Source: a virus
Lineage: Duplodnaviria > Heunggongvirae > Uroviricota > Caudoviricetes
DNA: 53,762 bases
Direction: 5' to 3' (one strand)
IMG/VR virus record: IMGVR_UViG_3300027710_000010
Location: 1 to 53,762 of that record
The translations under genes and the position numbers were made by a program. A model generated the notes under the pieces. That model made no database searches, was not told where the DNA came from, and saw nothing but the letters and a program-made list of their open reading frames with translations. This document shows, piece by piece, positions 38,877 to 47,262 of the stretch. Each line of letters opens with the position of its first letter. Within the stretch, counting starts at the first letter, position 1.

Positions 38877-38918
38877 AAAAAGAAACCCCGGGGGAGGCTA
38901 TGCCAACGGATCCGGGGT
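38877..38918 (-). terminator. Intrinsic terminator with a nested internal hairpin
   Basis: ACCCCGG/CCGGGGT stem, internal GGC-AUA-GCC, U-rich tail on the minus strand. Confidence 0.6.
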
Positions 38919-38923
38919 GTGTA

Positions 38924-39166
38924 TTATTTTTGAGCAGCCTCTTCTTTAGCTTTCTTTTTGGCTTCTCTTTCTTCTTTGGTTAGAGGTTTTTTGGTAACAT
39001 CTTTACATTTTGGATCTTTCTTCAAATCGCAATGTACTGCTGGTGTTTTTGGTGCTTCTGCTTTCTTTGCTGGCGCTGCCTTTTTGGCTGGTTCTTTCTT
39101 TGCTGGTTCTGCGGCAAATGCAGGAATTGCCAATGCTAGTGTAATTGCTAAAATGATATTTTTCAT
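38924..39166 (-). CDS. Small secreted K/A/P-rich protein
   Basis: Signal peptide ending AFA, mature AEPAKKE, one CxxxxxxxC pair. Confidence 0.8.
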   Translation of the reverse strand: MKNIILAITLALAIPAFAAEPAKKEPAKKAAPAKKAEAPKTPAVHCDLKKDPKCKDVTKKPLTKEEREAKKKAKEEAAQK

Positions 39167-39186
39167 ATCTTGCTCCTATGATAGTG

Positions 39187-39194
39187 TATTTATT
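39187..39194 (-). promoter_or_regulatory. T4-late-like promoter AATAAATA
   Basis: TAAATA upstream of the AGGAG RBS of 39166. Confidence 0.55.
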
Positions 39195-39201
39195 TGGAAA
39201 T

Positions 39202-39229
39202 AAAAAATGGGGCAATTAGCCCCATTTTT
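39202..39229 (-). terminator. Intrinsic terminator
   Basis: AAAAAATGGGGC-AATTA-GCCCCATTTTT. Confidence 0.8.
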
Positions 39230-39408
39230 CTTTATACTTCAATAATGCAAGTTGTCTAGCTAAAAATAGTTTCCATCTAATTCTTTCTGGTAACTCATCA
39301 GCATCATCTGGTTCTTCAACTTTTGGACGGGCGTAACCTCTATGGATTGCATCGTCAAACTCAAGTTCAAGTTCAGTATCGTCAGCTAGAACAACAATTC
39401 TTAAAGGA

Positions 39409-39633
39409 TTACTTCTTAGCAGGCTCTGCTTTTTTGGCGTCGCTTTTAGTAGGCTCAGCTTTCTTTTCTGCAGGTTTGGCTGCTGTGGGTGCGGTTGCAG
39501 GAGCACTAGCGGCTGGCGCAGGAGCGGCAACTGCTGGCTTTGCTTCTACTTTCTTTTCTTCTTTCTTAGCAGGTTCTGCGGCAAAAGCTGTAACTACGAA
39601 TAAACTAGCGATTAAAGTTGCGATCAATTTCAT
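39409..39633 (-). CDS. Small secreted K/A/P-rich protein, paralog of 38924..39166
   Basis: Signal peptide ending AFA, mature AEPAKKE; AAGGA RBS. Confidence 0.8.
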   Translation of the reverse strand: MKLIATLIASLFVVTAFAAEPAKKEEKKVEAKPAVAAPAPAASAPATAPTAAKPAEKKAEPTKSDAKKAEPAKK

Positions 39634-39718
39634 GATAAATTCCTTTTAGGTTAAACACAAAAACTTCTTGTGTTATATATACAACGCCTTAGAACTGTGT
39701 TTAGTTGACACAGTTTGG

Positions 39719-40558
39719 TTAAGTCCACAAACTTTGACGGATTTTAATAAGACGAATCATCATAGCTTCATCTTCTTTTTCGTAAGCGGCTTCGATTTTA
39801 CGAAGTAGTTTAAGTGCATCCGTACTCTTCTTTTTAAGCTCAGGAGTTTTATCCTCGCTACTCCAGCTTAACTTGCCACCGTTAGCAATTCGACTTGCAT
39901 CACAATAAGCTGACCATCCACTCGCATCATGCGGATCTGGACGATTACGATAGGTAGTAGTCCACCAAGTGTAAAGCTCAATGATTTCCTTAGCGGCTTG
40001 GGCTTGGTAAGTTGGCTCTCCGTAGTTTTTACTAGTTGGATCTGCACCCATGTCTTCGCCAATAGTTAATCCACTCGCCCACTGTAGATATTCCATCCCA
40101 GCTTCGGGACTGCGCCATGTGCGCCAGCGCAACCAGCCTTTTCGATACCACGGCACATTAAACTTAGTCTTGGCTTCGTCACTCCAAATACAGTGATGCC
40201 ATGCTTGCTCTACTTCAACAAAATCCACAAGCTCATTGAAAAGACAAGGAAGGAAGCGATTGCCAACATCTTGCCATTGCCCAGGCTTGATGTCTCTAGG
40301 GTGTGCAGTAAGGCTATGAGAGCGGCTGACCCAACGATTGTTGATATAATATCTAACGTCATTTAGTTTATCCGGAATGTAGTATACAACTGTTTGTAAA
40401 AAATCCAAACCTTCTTCAGCAATCCAGTAACGAATAGGATGAGCCTTAGCCGCGTCAGCGTACCAAGCATCCCACCCTTCGCTAGTCTTTGCATTACCCT
40501 TAGGAGTGCCTCGAATCCAGTCCGCAAATTTGCCGATGGTCCAATAATGACTACGCAT
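39719..40558 (-). CDS. Hypothetical Trp-rich protein
   Basis: Likely start ATG 40558 (MRSHYW) with AAGGA RBS. Confidence 0.75.
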   Translation of the reverse strand: MRSHYWTIGKFADWIRGTPKGNAKTSEGWDAWYADAAKAHPIRYWIAEEGLDFLQTVVYYIPDKLNDVRYYINNRWVSRSHSLTAHPRDIKPGQWQDVGNRFLPCLFNELVDFVEVEQAWHHCIWSDEAKTKFNVPWYRKGWLRWRTWRSPEAGMEYLQWASGLTIGEDMGADPTSKNYGEPTYQAQAAKEIIELYTWWTTTYRNRPDPHDASGWSAYCDASRIANGGKLSWSSEDKTPELKKKSTDALKLLRKIEAAYEKEDEAMMIRLIKIRQSLWT

Positions 40559-40559
40559 T

Positions 40560-41255
40560 TTATTCCTTTTTATCACCAAATAGTTGTAGTAAATTGATGA
40601 AGATGTTAATGAAATCCATATACAGTGTCAGTGCTCCGGAAACTTCTGCATTGCCTATGTCTCGATTAATACTGACCATTTCTCTAATTTGTTGTGTATC
40701 ATAAGCAGTTAACCCTAGGAAGATGATAATAGCCAAGGCACTAATCACAGTAGTTAACACACTACTGCCTACAAAGATATTCACAATACTGGCAATGATA
40801 ATTGCAATCAATCCCACAATCATGAATTGTCCAATGCTGGTCAAATCCTTTTTGGTAAAGTACCCGTACACACTCATAACTCCAAACAGTATAGCACTAC
40901 TTACAAATGCCATAAAAATACTACTTGTAGTATAGACTATAAAAATAGTAGATAGGCTCAATCCCATAAGTGCGGCAAATCCATGTAGCATAAGCTGTGC
41001 CCCAACTTTACTTACTTTGTCCATAAAAAAGCTAATTGCAAAAATAGCAACCAATGGAGCAAATAGAATAATCCATTTTAGTCCAGTGCCAAACAATACA
41101 GCCATCAGCTCAGGACTGCTACTAACCAAATAACTTACAACTGCGCTATTTAAAATAGCCATCATCATATAATTGTACACACGTGCCATTGCCGTGTTAA
41201 TTTCTGATGCTGATCGATATGTGTTAACCCCACCGGTATAACTAGTTCCAAACAT
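40560..41255 (-). CDS. yccA: Bax inhibitor-1/YccA family membrane protein
   Basis: About 7 TM segments; KKDLT, LTAYDTQ and ALTLYMDFINIF motifs. Confidence 0.9.
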   Translation of the reverse strand: MFGTSYTGGVNTYRSASEINTAMARVYNYMMMAILNSAVVSYLVSSSPELMAVLFGTGLKWIILFAPLVAIFAISFFMDKVSKVGAQLMLHGFAALMGLSLSTIFIVYTTSSIFMAFVSSAILFGVMSVYGYFTKKDLTSIGQFMIVGLIAIIIASIVNIFVGSSVLTTVISALAIIIFLGLTAYDTQQIREMVSINRDIGNAEVSGALTLYMDFINIFINLLQLFGDKKE

Positions 41256-41256
41256 A

Positions 41257-41628
41257 TTATTCTCCTTTAACGAATGGTTTCAGATCGGGCGGTACCCAGC
41301 CCACGGGTTTTAAAACTTTGCCATCTTCACGTTTACGCACCTTGCCAGTTTCTTTATCAATCTTGGCTAGATTAGTTCCGATGACTTCACGCCAGCCACC
41401 TTCACCGTCAAAGCCGCCACTATGAATAGCCCCAATAGTAACAACAATGAAATCTAGTAGTGCATCTAGTTGCTCTACTCGGTCTTTCTTATCTAGTGCA
41501 ACTTGCAGTTCTTTCCATTCTTCATCCATTAAGTCCAGGTACAATTTGTATTGCGACTCGTTAAGGTCACCGACACTCTGATCGCTGGCCCTCATAAATT
41601 TTTCTTGATCTCTAAACGGATTAGTCAT
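41257..41628 (-). CDS. MazG-like NTP pyrophosphohydrolase
   Basis: EEWKEL...EQLDALLD acidic helices; NLAK...REDGKVLKP. Confidence 0.8.
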   Translation of the reverse strand: MTNPFRDQEKFMRASDQSVGDLNESQYKLYLDLMDEEWKELQVALDKKDRVEQLDALLDFIVVTIGAIHSGGFDGEGGWREVIGTNLAKIDKETGKVRKREDGKVLKPVGWVPPDLKPFVKGE

Positions 41629-41839
41629 TTGTTAATTTTTCCCATGTTAATTCTTTTCCTTGTACGTGTGCTACCATTTTAATGTAGCCCTTAGCCATCG
41701 CATCGTTAATTGTATGCCTGTAGGATACAGGGCATTCTGGCAATACGTGTAGCATAGCACGTGGGTACAATACCAAGCCATCATTTAGATGAAAATTTGA
41801 ATCACCTTGTCTGATGGTTTTAATTTCGTGTCGTTTCAT
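41621..41839 (-). CDS. Hypothetical protein
   Basis: 72 aa, coupled to its neighbours. Confidence 0.7.
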   Translation of the reverse strand: MKRHEIKTIRQGDSNFHLNDGLVLYPRAMLHVLPECPVSYRHTINDAMAKGYIKMVAHVQGKELTWEKLTND

Positions 41840-42084
41840 TTTAGTGCTTCTAGAGTCTGCCGTTTAGCTTCTTCTTTAATCTCTTGTTGGTGTATTATTT
41901 GTAACCCACGGAACATATTTTCAACTATATGAATTATAGCAGTTTTTCCATCTTCTGTCAAGTGACTATATTCTGGACTTACGGTGCTCTCATGCCAAAC
42001 TAATTTATTTTTAGATAATTCCAAGAGACCTCCGTAGACAAGGTCTTTGTTCATACTACGTTTGATATCAAATTTTCTCGCCAT
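41836..42084 (-). CDS. Hypothetical protein
   Basis: Start moved to ATG 42084 (MARKFDIK) to avoid a 230-nt overlap with the ligase. Confidence 0.65.
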   Translation of the reverse strand: MARKFDIKRSMNKDLVYGGLLELSKNKLVWHESTVSPEYSHLTEDGKTAIIHIVENMFRGLQIIHQQEIKEEAKRQTLEALK

Positions 42085-43384
42085 TTGCAAAGCCTCTAAA
42101 ACGGAGAAATCGTGGAAAGCGTAAAGAATAACTGCCATCTTGATTTTGTGTAATGGCATCGGCACGAACTTCAACCACTTTGCCAACCACCTCATCACGG
42201 GCAATCCAATAAGCTTCACGGTCATTATCAGAAAAGCCACTACCAACGTTAACAACAATATTTTTTCCATCATCTTCACCTTCGCAAACAAATGCACCCA
42301 ACTTACCTACATTACGACCAGTGCCTTCTTCAACTGCTACGATAGTCAGCGACACTTCAATAAATGGTTTAAGTTTGAGCCATGACACGCTACGTTTACA
42401 TTCATAACCGGCATTCGGATCTTTAATCATAATGCCTTCATAACCGCCAGCAATAGCACGAGCATTGATATCTTTATATTGTTTTTGACCTTCTTCAGTA
42501 CTCAAATCAATATCTTCGTGGCTGAGAACTGTTACGTTGGCCAATTCAGTTTCATTAAGAGTATACCATTCTTGAAGTGCTTGACTACGTTTAACTTGTG
42601 CAGTTGAGCTTTTACCTTTCTCAAATTCTTCAAGTGTTAACATATCAAACAAGTTAAGCACAGCGTCTGTGCTTTGCACATCACTTTTACGATGCACCTG
42701 CTTCATCAAATCTTGGAAACTGGATGACATAATTTCACCATCTAGTACCATTGCTTCTTTAAAACCTTTTGCAACTTTTGCAATTTGTTCTTTAACATGC
42801 GGGAAGTTAACTAGTTCTTTACCATTGCGACTGAACTGGTCAACACGACCATCGGGATGCACAATAGTGATAACACGTACCCCGTCCAGTTTAACTTCAA
42901 TCAGTTTGCGTCCAACAACTTTGCTTTCGTGCCCATTGCTGTCATGTGCCAATTGGCAACTAAAAACTGGGATAGCATATTTCTTATATGTTTTGCCAAC
43001 TACCTTATTAACAGTAGTTTCGCTAAAACCAGCTCGCAAGTCTTTAATAAGAATACGTCGGTACCAACCATTCCACTGTGCTTTAGTGGAACTCTTCATC
43101 ATTGATTGGATCATGTCCCTTGCTGTATTACCGGTGACATTGCGAGTGACAAAGCCAGTAATAGCGAGAGTAAAACTATCCCAATCCATGCCAGGACCAT
43201 CTTCATCTTTTTTCTCCGGTATTTGTTTTAAACCAAAAGTTATCATGGAGTCTAGTGCCAGACGGCAACCTTCAAAGAATTCGTTATTACCGGCCTCAGC
43301 TTGGGCAAGGATGATTGCTTCTTTGTTTAAACGGCTAGGGTGGTTTTCTAAATCAGAAATTACTTGATAGCAGGGATCGCTCAT
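42068..43384 (-). CDS. ATP-dependent DNA ligase (T4 gp30-like)
   Basis: EVKLDGVR (motif I), LDGE, EGIMIK, WLKLK, SLRFPRF. Confidence 0.93.
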   Translation of the reverse strand: MSDPCYQVISDLENHPSRLNKEAIILAQAEAGNNEFFEGCRLALDSMITFGLKQIPEKKDEDGPGMDWDSFTLAITGFVTRNVTGNTARDMIQSMMKSSTKAQWNGWYRRILIKDLRAGFSETTVNKVVGKTYKKYAIPVFSCQLAHDSNGHESKVVGRKLIEVKLDGVRVITIVHPDGRVDQFSRNGKELVNFPHVKEQIAKVAKGFKEAMVLDGEIMSSSFQDLMKQVHRKSDVQSTDAVLNLFDMLTLEEFEKGKSSTAQVKRSQALQEWYTLNETELANVTVLSHEDIDLSTEEGQKQYKDINARAIAGGYEGIMIKDPNAGYECKRSVSWLKLKPFIEVSLTIVAVEEGTGRNVGKLGAFVCEGEDDGKNIVVNVGSGFSDNDREAYWIARDEVVGKVVEVRADAITQNQDGSYSLRFPRFLRFRGFANGEKI

Positions 43385-43412
43385 GATAGACCTTAGTTAA
43401 CTTGATGTAACT

Positions 43413-43441
43413 ATTATACAGTCTAATTATCAGTATGTCAA
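43413..43441 (-). promoter_or_regulatory. sigma70-type promoter TTGACA-N17-TATAAT for the ligase
   Basis: Perfect consensus. Confidence 0.8.
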
Positions 43442-44149
43442 GTGATTTGTTGTGCGAAATGGTTTACCAACATACGCTGATTCCAATTGTTTTAGAATCT
43501 TACGCTTCATTTGGCGAACTTTTGGATGATTGTGGTCGTACTCAAATGCTTTCATGAAACGTCCCCAACCATTTGGACGCACACGTTTTGGAACAGGGCT
43601 GTCCAAATAGTCTTTAATTGCCCTAGTATCCCAACCAAATTTATCAATCATGTCCTGTGCCAAATTAAATGAATGTGCGCCCATTTCATCTCGGTGGCCG
43701 TAATACTCTTGTTCTCGGCGATCCTTGGCATAATATGCTGTGCTTTCGTAGCCTGGTATATCTTTAAAGCTTCTAGCACGATATTGTCTAGTATGGATAA
43801 TTTCATGTAGTACAGTGTCAGCAAATAATCGACACATACGCTCCCAACGGTATAAACTAGTTTTCATAGTTTCTGCTGTTGTTGGAAATGCTAACTCTAC
43901 TTCGATAAAACGGTCTTTGCCCTGTTTATCGTAGTAGCTGTGATATGCACCGCCAATCCAAACTTCACCTTTTTTAACGGGCTTGTATCGATTACTGGTT
44001 ACTTTAACTGGGAGATGCGATTTGATGTGCTTACTCAAAATTCTAGTAATTTCGCTTATAGGTAAGCGCCTATCTACGATCTCAGGTTTGAGTTCGTAAA
44101 GCATTGAGTACAACGTTCCTCGATCTAACTGAGACCAATTAAAAGCCAT
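43430..44149 (-). CDS. Zincin-like HExxH protein
   Basis: VLHEIIHTRQ followed by YY...DEMGAHS. Confidence 0.55.
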   Translation of the reverse strand: MAFNWSQLDRGTLYSMLYELKPEIVDRRLPISEITRILSKHIKSHLPVKVTSNRYKPVKKGEVWIGGAYHSYYDKQGKDRFIEVELAFPTTAETMKTSLYRWERMCRLFADTVLHEIIHTRQYRARSFKDIPGYESTAYYAKDRREQEYYGHRDEMGAHSFNLAQDMIDKFGWDTRAIKDYLDSPVPKRVRPNGWGRFMKAFEYDHNHPKVRQMKRKILKQLESAYVGKPFRTTNHLTY

Positions 44150-44185
44150 AGTACACTCCTAGACATAGTTATTTAAGTGTACTAT
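44148..44185 (-). promoter_or_regulatory. Late promoter CTTAAATA (44170-77) splitting a 10-bp RBS/AUG-occluding hairpin
   Basis: AUAGUACACU/AGUGUACUAU stem; the 5' arm lies upstream of the TAAATA core. Confidence 0.65.
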
Positions 44186-44208
44186 AGATTTTTTAATGTA
44201 TGCGTATA

Positions 44209-44829
44209 TTACGGTCGTTTTTCAATGACTTTGTCTGCCAAGCCGTATTCTACAGCTTCAGCCGCACTCAAAAACGTATCAAATTTCATCGCTTCAAATA
44301 ATGCTTCGTAAGTCTTCCCCGCAGTATTATGTTTGACATACAGTTGGGTTAACCGTTGATTGATACGCTGGCTTTCTTCAAAACTACGCTTTGCATCTTC
44401 AAACTGTAGTTCTTGTACGTGAACGCTACCGCGTGTTCCAGGGGTACCTGAACTAACACGATGGATCATAGTGCGGCTTTCGGGCAAGACAAATCGTTTA
44501 CCTTTTGCTCCAGCTTGGGCAAGGAATGACCCCATACTACAGGCCTGCCCAATAACGTAGGTAGCAATATCTGGTTTGATGAACTGCATAGTGTCGTAAA
44601 TTGCCAAGCCCGCTGTAACACTGCCACCGGGGCTGTTAATAAACAAATTAATGTCTTCATTGCCTTGACTCTCCAAGAAGAGTAACTGCGCTACAATCAA
44701 ACTTGATGTGTGTTCGTTAACATCTGTGTCTAACATCAACACACGGTCTTTGAGCAAACGGCTATAAATGTCATAGGCACGTTCGCCTTTTGCTTCGGTC
44801 TCAATGACCATTGGTACCAAATTTGGCAT
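44209..44829 (-). CDS. clpP: ClpP serine protease subunit
   Basis: YDIYSRLLKDR, NSPGGSV, catalytic Ser (ACSMGS), His (MIH) and Asp (FDTFL). Confidence 0.95.
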   Translation of the reverse strand: MPNLVPMVIETEAKGERAYDIYSRLLKDRVLMLDTDVNEHTSSLIVAQLLFLESQGNEDINLFINSPGGSVTAGLAIYDTMQFIKPDIATYVIGQACSMGSFLAQAGAKGKRFVLPESRTMIHRVSSGTPGTRGSVHVQELQFEDAKRSFEESQRINQRLTQLYVKHNTAGKTYEALFEAMKFDTFLSAAEAVEYGLADKVIEKRP

Positions 44830-45275
44830 TATTGATAATCCTTATCTAAACTTACATTAGTCAAACCAGCGACGGTCTGAAACTTATCCCATGCCTTTTT
44901 AGCCATAGGATTCCTCTCTAATTCTTCACTTGGCAATACTGCTTCCAACCAAATCTCAGGACGGCGTGTTGGATGTGCGCCAAACTTGCGTGGCTGATGG
45001 AACTTACCTTGTTCCCAAAGTTCAATGCTGACACTGCGGAACAAGTCTTCTTGCTCATCAGTTCGGCCAGCCCATTCTGGCGCACTACGGCTAAATCCGC
45101 TGAATGAACTCATGGCGGGACTGCCGCCGCCGTAGCCATTCCAAATACTTTGCCACTGTTGATCATCATGCGGATCAAAATCTGTACGAGCAATGACAAC
45201 TAATACATCATTGATGTTCACAACACCGTCAACAATGTCTCGAACGCATCGACTATAACTAAGTCCGATTTTCAT
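44829..45275 (-). CDS. Hypothetical protein
   Basis: Likely start ATG 45275 (MKIGLSYSRC). Confidence 0.75.
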   Translation of the reverse strand: MKIGLSYSRCVRDIVDGVVNINDVLVVIARTDFDPHDDQQWQSIWNGYGGGSPAMSSFSGFSRSAPEWAGRTDEQEDLFRSVSIELWEQGKFHQPRKFGAHPTRRPEIWLEAVLPSEELERNPMAKKAWDKFQTVAGLTNVSLDKDYQ

Positions 45276-45276
45276 G

Positions 45277-45717
45277 TTATTCTGCTTTCTCGTATGTTTG
45301 TGCAAAAATATCTTTTTTAACTACACCGTAGTCGTTTTCACCATGTCGAACAATAACATCTTCGCCAGGATTGTAGTGTAACTTCTCACCCCAGCTTGTA
45401 TCAACTGTTCCTGAATGATCTGCTAATTTAGCAAACTTAATAATTTTCTTAGGTGTGCAAACACCGTCGCCTAAATCATCTTTAAGATCGTTAAACTTTT
45501 CTGGGCTAATAGGGTATTGTTCACCTTTAGGTCCAGTCATAATGTAATAGCCTGCAGGATACTTAACTGGGCCTTCTAACGTGTCAATAGTACCTGGCTC
45601 ATCTGCAATCTCATAACGTTCCTTAGCAGGACGCTTGTAGGTTTTGAATCCACCGTCCTTGAACCATGCATCGGTAATACCTTTACCTTCTACAATATTA
45701 ATAAATTCACGAATCAT
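45277..45717 (-). CDS. PGDYG-like protein with internal duplication
   Basis: TLEG...GYYIMTGPKGEQYPI repeated as TSWG...GEDVIVRHGENDYGVV. Confidence 0.6.
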   Translation of the reverse strand: MIREFINIVEGKGITDAWFKDGGFKTYKRPAKERYEIADEPGTIDTLEGPVKYPAGYYIMTGPKGEQYPISPEKFNDLKDDLGDGVCTPKKIIKFAKLADHSGTVDTSWGEKLHYNPGEDVIVRHGENDYGVVKKDIFAQTYEKAE

Positions 45718-45718
45718 A

Positions 45719-45958
45719 TTAGCCTCTCAAGCTAGTTTCAATTACTGAAATTTTTGGTCCTGTGCTGGTAAAATCCATACCAGCCATACGACCTTCGTAA
45801 AGTTTTCCGTTCCACTTCATAGGAATTTTTACACTTTTGTTGATTATAACATACAATGTATCTGACTCCTTGAAGTCTTGAACAACTGCCTCTACAATTT
45901 TATTGCTTGTGACATTTTTAACTTCACAAACATCACTGTGCCGTCGTATCGTACTCAC
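45719..45958 (-). CDS. Hypothetical protein
   Basis: GTG start at 45958 with GGAG RBS. Confidence 0.6.
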   Translation of the reverse strand: MSTIRRHSDVCEVKNVTSNKIVEAVVQDFKESDTLYVIINKSVKIPMKWNGKLYEGRMAGMDFTSTGPKISVIETSLRG

Positions 45959-46277
45959 GCTCGTCTCCAATCTTGAGGGTAACTTGTTTAACACTATCCC
46001 AACGGAAACTGCGCCAACCTTTGGCTTCTAAGTCATACACTGGCATAACTTCTTCGTTGACTTTCTTTTCTTTCTTAATTGGAAAATCAATTGGATTATC
46101 AGTGTTAGTCACATGTACTTTTTCTTCGACCAACGGAACAAGATCTGGATTGGTTGTGCATTCCATTACTCGTTCAGTACCGTCCTTTTTTGTAAAAGTT
46201 AATGTGACAGGCCCAAATGCTAAATGGCTAGTAAGCCATTTCTTAAACAACTTGAAATCTTTTTCACTTAAGGTCAT
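45933..46277 (-). CDS. WYL_2/DUF2693-like SH3-fold protein
   Basis: FTKKDGTERVMECT...VYDLEAKGWRSFR. Confidence 0.75.
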   Translation of the reverse strand: MTLSEKDFKLFKKWLTSHLAFGPVTLTFTKKDGTERVMECTTNPDLVPLVEEKVHVTNTDNPIDFPIKKEKKVNEEVMPVYDLEAKGWRSFRWDSVKQVTLKIGDEREYDTTAQ

Positions 46278-46407
46278 CGCTTAGTCTCCGTTTCATGTCT
46301 TGATTTTCTAACTCAAGTTTTTCAATATGAGCCGCCATCTGCATCAATAGTGCATATGTATTTTGAGCAGTTTCTCTTAGCATTTGAACTACATCTTTTT
46401 CCGCCAT
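46264..46407 (-). CDS. Small coiled-coil protein (47 aa), not in ORF track
   Basis: MAEKDVVQMLRETAQNTYALLMQMAAHIEKLELENQDMKRRLSDDLK; GGAG RBS; fills the gap. Confidence 0.7.
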   Translation of the reverse strand: MAEKDVVQMLRETAQNTYALLMQMAAHIEKLELENQDMKRRLSDDLK

Positions 46408-47262
46408 TTAAATCTCCAAAATTTTAGTTGGGTCCCAGCCTGTTTGTTCGCTGTAACCTTCATTTTCGTAACCACGTGGATTACATACAACTCGTGTCTC
46501 ACCAATCATGTAATCAAACGGGTGATGAGTATGACCGTGTGTCCACAGTTTGATCTGTGGATGGTCCATGATAAACTCACTCAAGTCACTGTGGTAGCCG
46601 CCGTTCATCAAAGTTTCATGAGCATACGTTGGATGCACACTTTGGAAACTTGGACTATGATGTCCAACTACAACAAACTTCTTGTCATGTTGTTCAGCCA
46701 GCACACTTTTAAAGTACTGCAATGTACGAGCATGACGACTAACAACGTCTCTAGCACTCATAGCGGCATAGTTACGTTTGTCGTTACGAATGATACGGAA
46801 GTCGTTCATCATGCCTTCAATGGCATGCATGGTCAAGGGATCACCCTTGTTCATGTCAGTCCACAGGGTAGCACCGATGAATGTTACATCGTCAATGACC
46901 TTAGTATCACATTCAAGAAAGTGAACGTTAGGGTACTTGGCGCACTCCTCACGCAGGTAATCGATACCAGCGTAGAACTTGCCGTTGTAAAACTCGTGAT
47001 TGCCAGCAATGTAGATTACATCTTTAAACTGGAAACTGCAACGCTTCAGGAAATCACGGAAGCGAGCAACTCTCTGCATCTTGCGGCTAAGGTCTGCCAA
47101 AGCACCATTACTATATGGATTAAAGTCAGCGGCATGATGATCGTGTAGATCTTGGGCGATCATAATGTCTCCACCCAAAATCAATACATCGGCACCTTCG
47201 TTATTGTTTACAAAACAATCCGAAAATTCCAAATGTAAGTCACTGACCAACTTAATCTTCAT
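46408..47262 (-). CDS. Calcineurin-like metallophosphoesterase
   Basis: DLH, GD, GNHE, HH and GHTH motifs. Confidence 0.9.
   Translation of the reverse strand: MKIKLVSDLHLEFSDCFVNNNEGADVLILGGDIMIAQDLHDHHAADFNPYSNGALADLSRKMQRVARFRDFLKRCSFQFKDVIYIAGNHEFYNGKFYAGIDYLREECAKYPNVHFLECDTKVIDDVTFIGATLWTDMNKGDPLTMHAIEGMMNDFRIIRNDKRNYAAMSARDVVSRHARTLQYFKSVLAEQHDKKFVVVGHHSPSFQSVHPTYAHETLMNGGYHSDLSEFIMDHPQIKLWTHGHTHHPFDYMIGETRVVCNPRGYENEGYSEQTGWDPTKILEI

Noticed and set aside
38260-38949. 229-aa plus-strand ORF
   Set aside because: Antisense shadow of 37600..38802, running across its promoter; no RBS or recognisable motifs.
39693-39715. AACTGTGT/ACACAGTT hairpin containing TTGACA
   Set aside because: No properly spaced -10 box on the plus strand and only a weak U-tract on the minus strand; function unsupported.
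42669-43367. 232-aa plus-strand ORF
   Set aside because: Antisense to the DNA ligase; composition typical of a shadow frame.
46384-47148. 254-aa plus-strand ORF
   Set aside because: Antisense to the metallophosphoesterase; no RBS or motifs.
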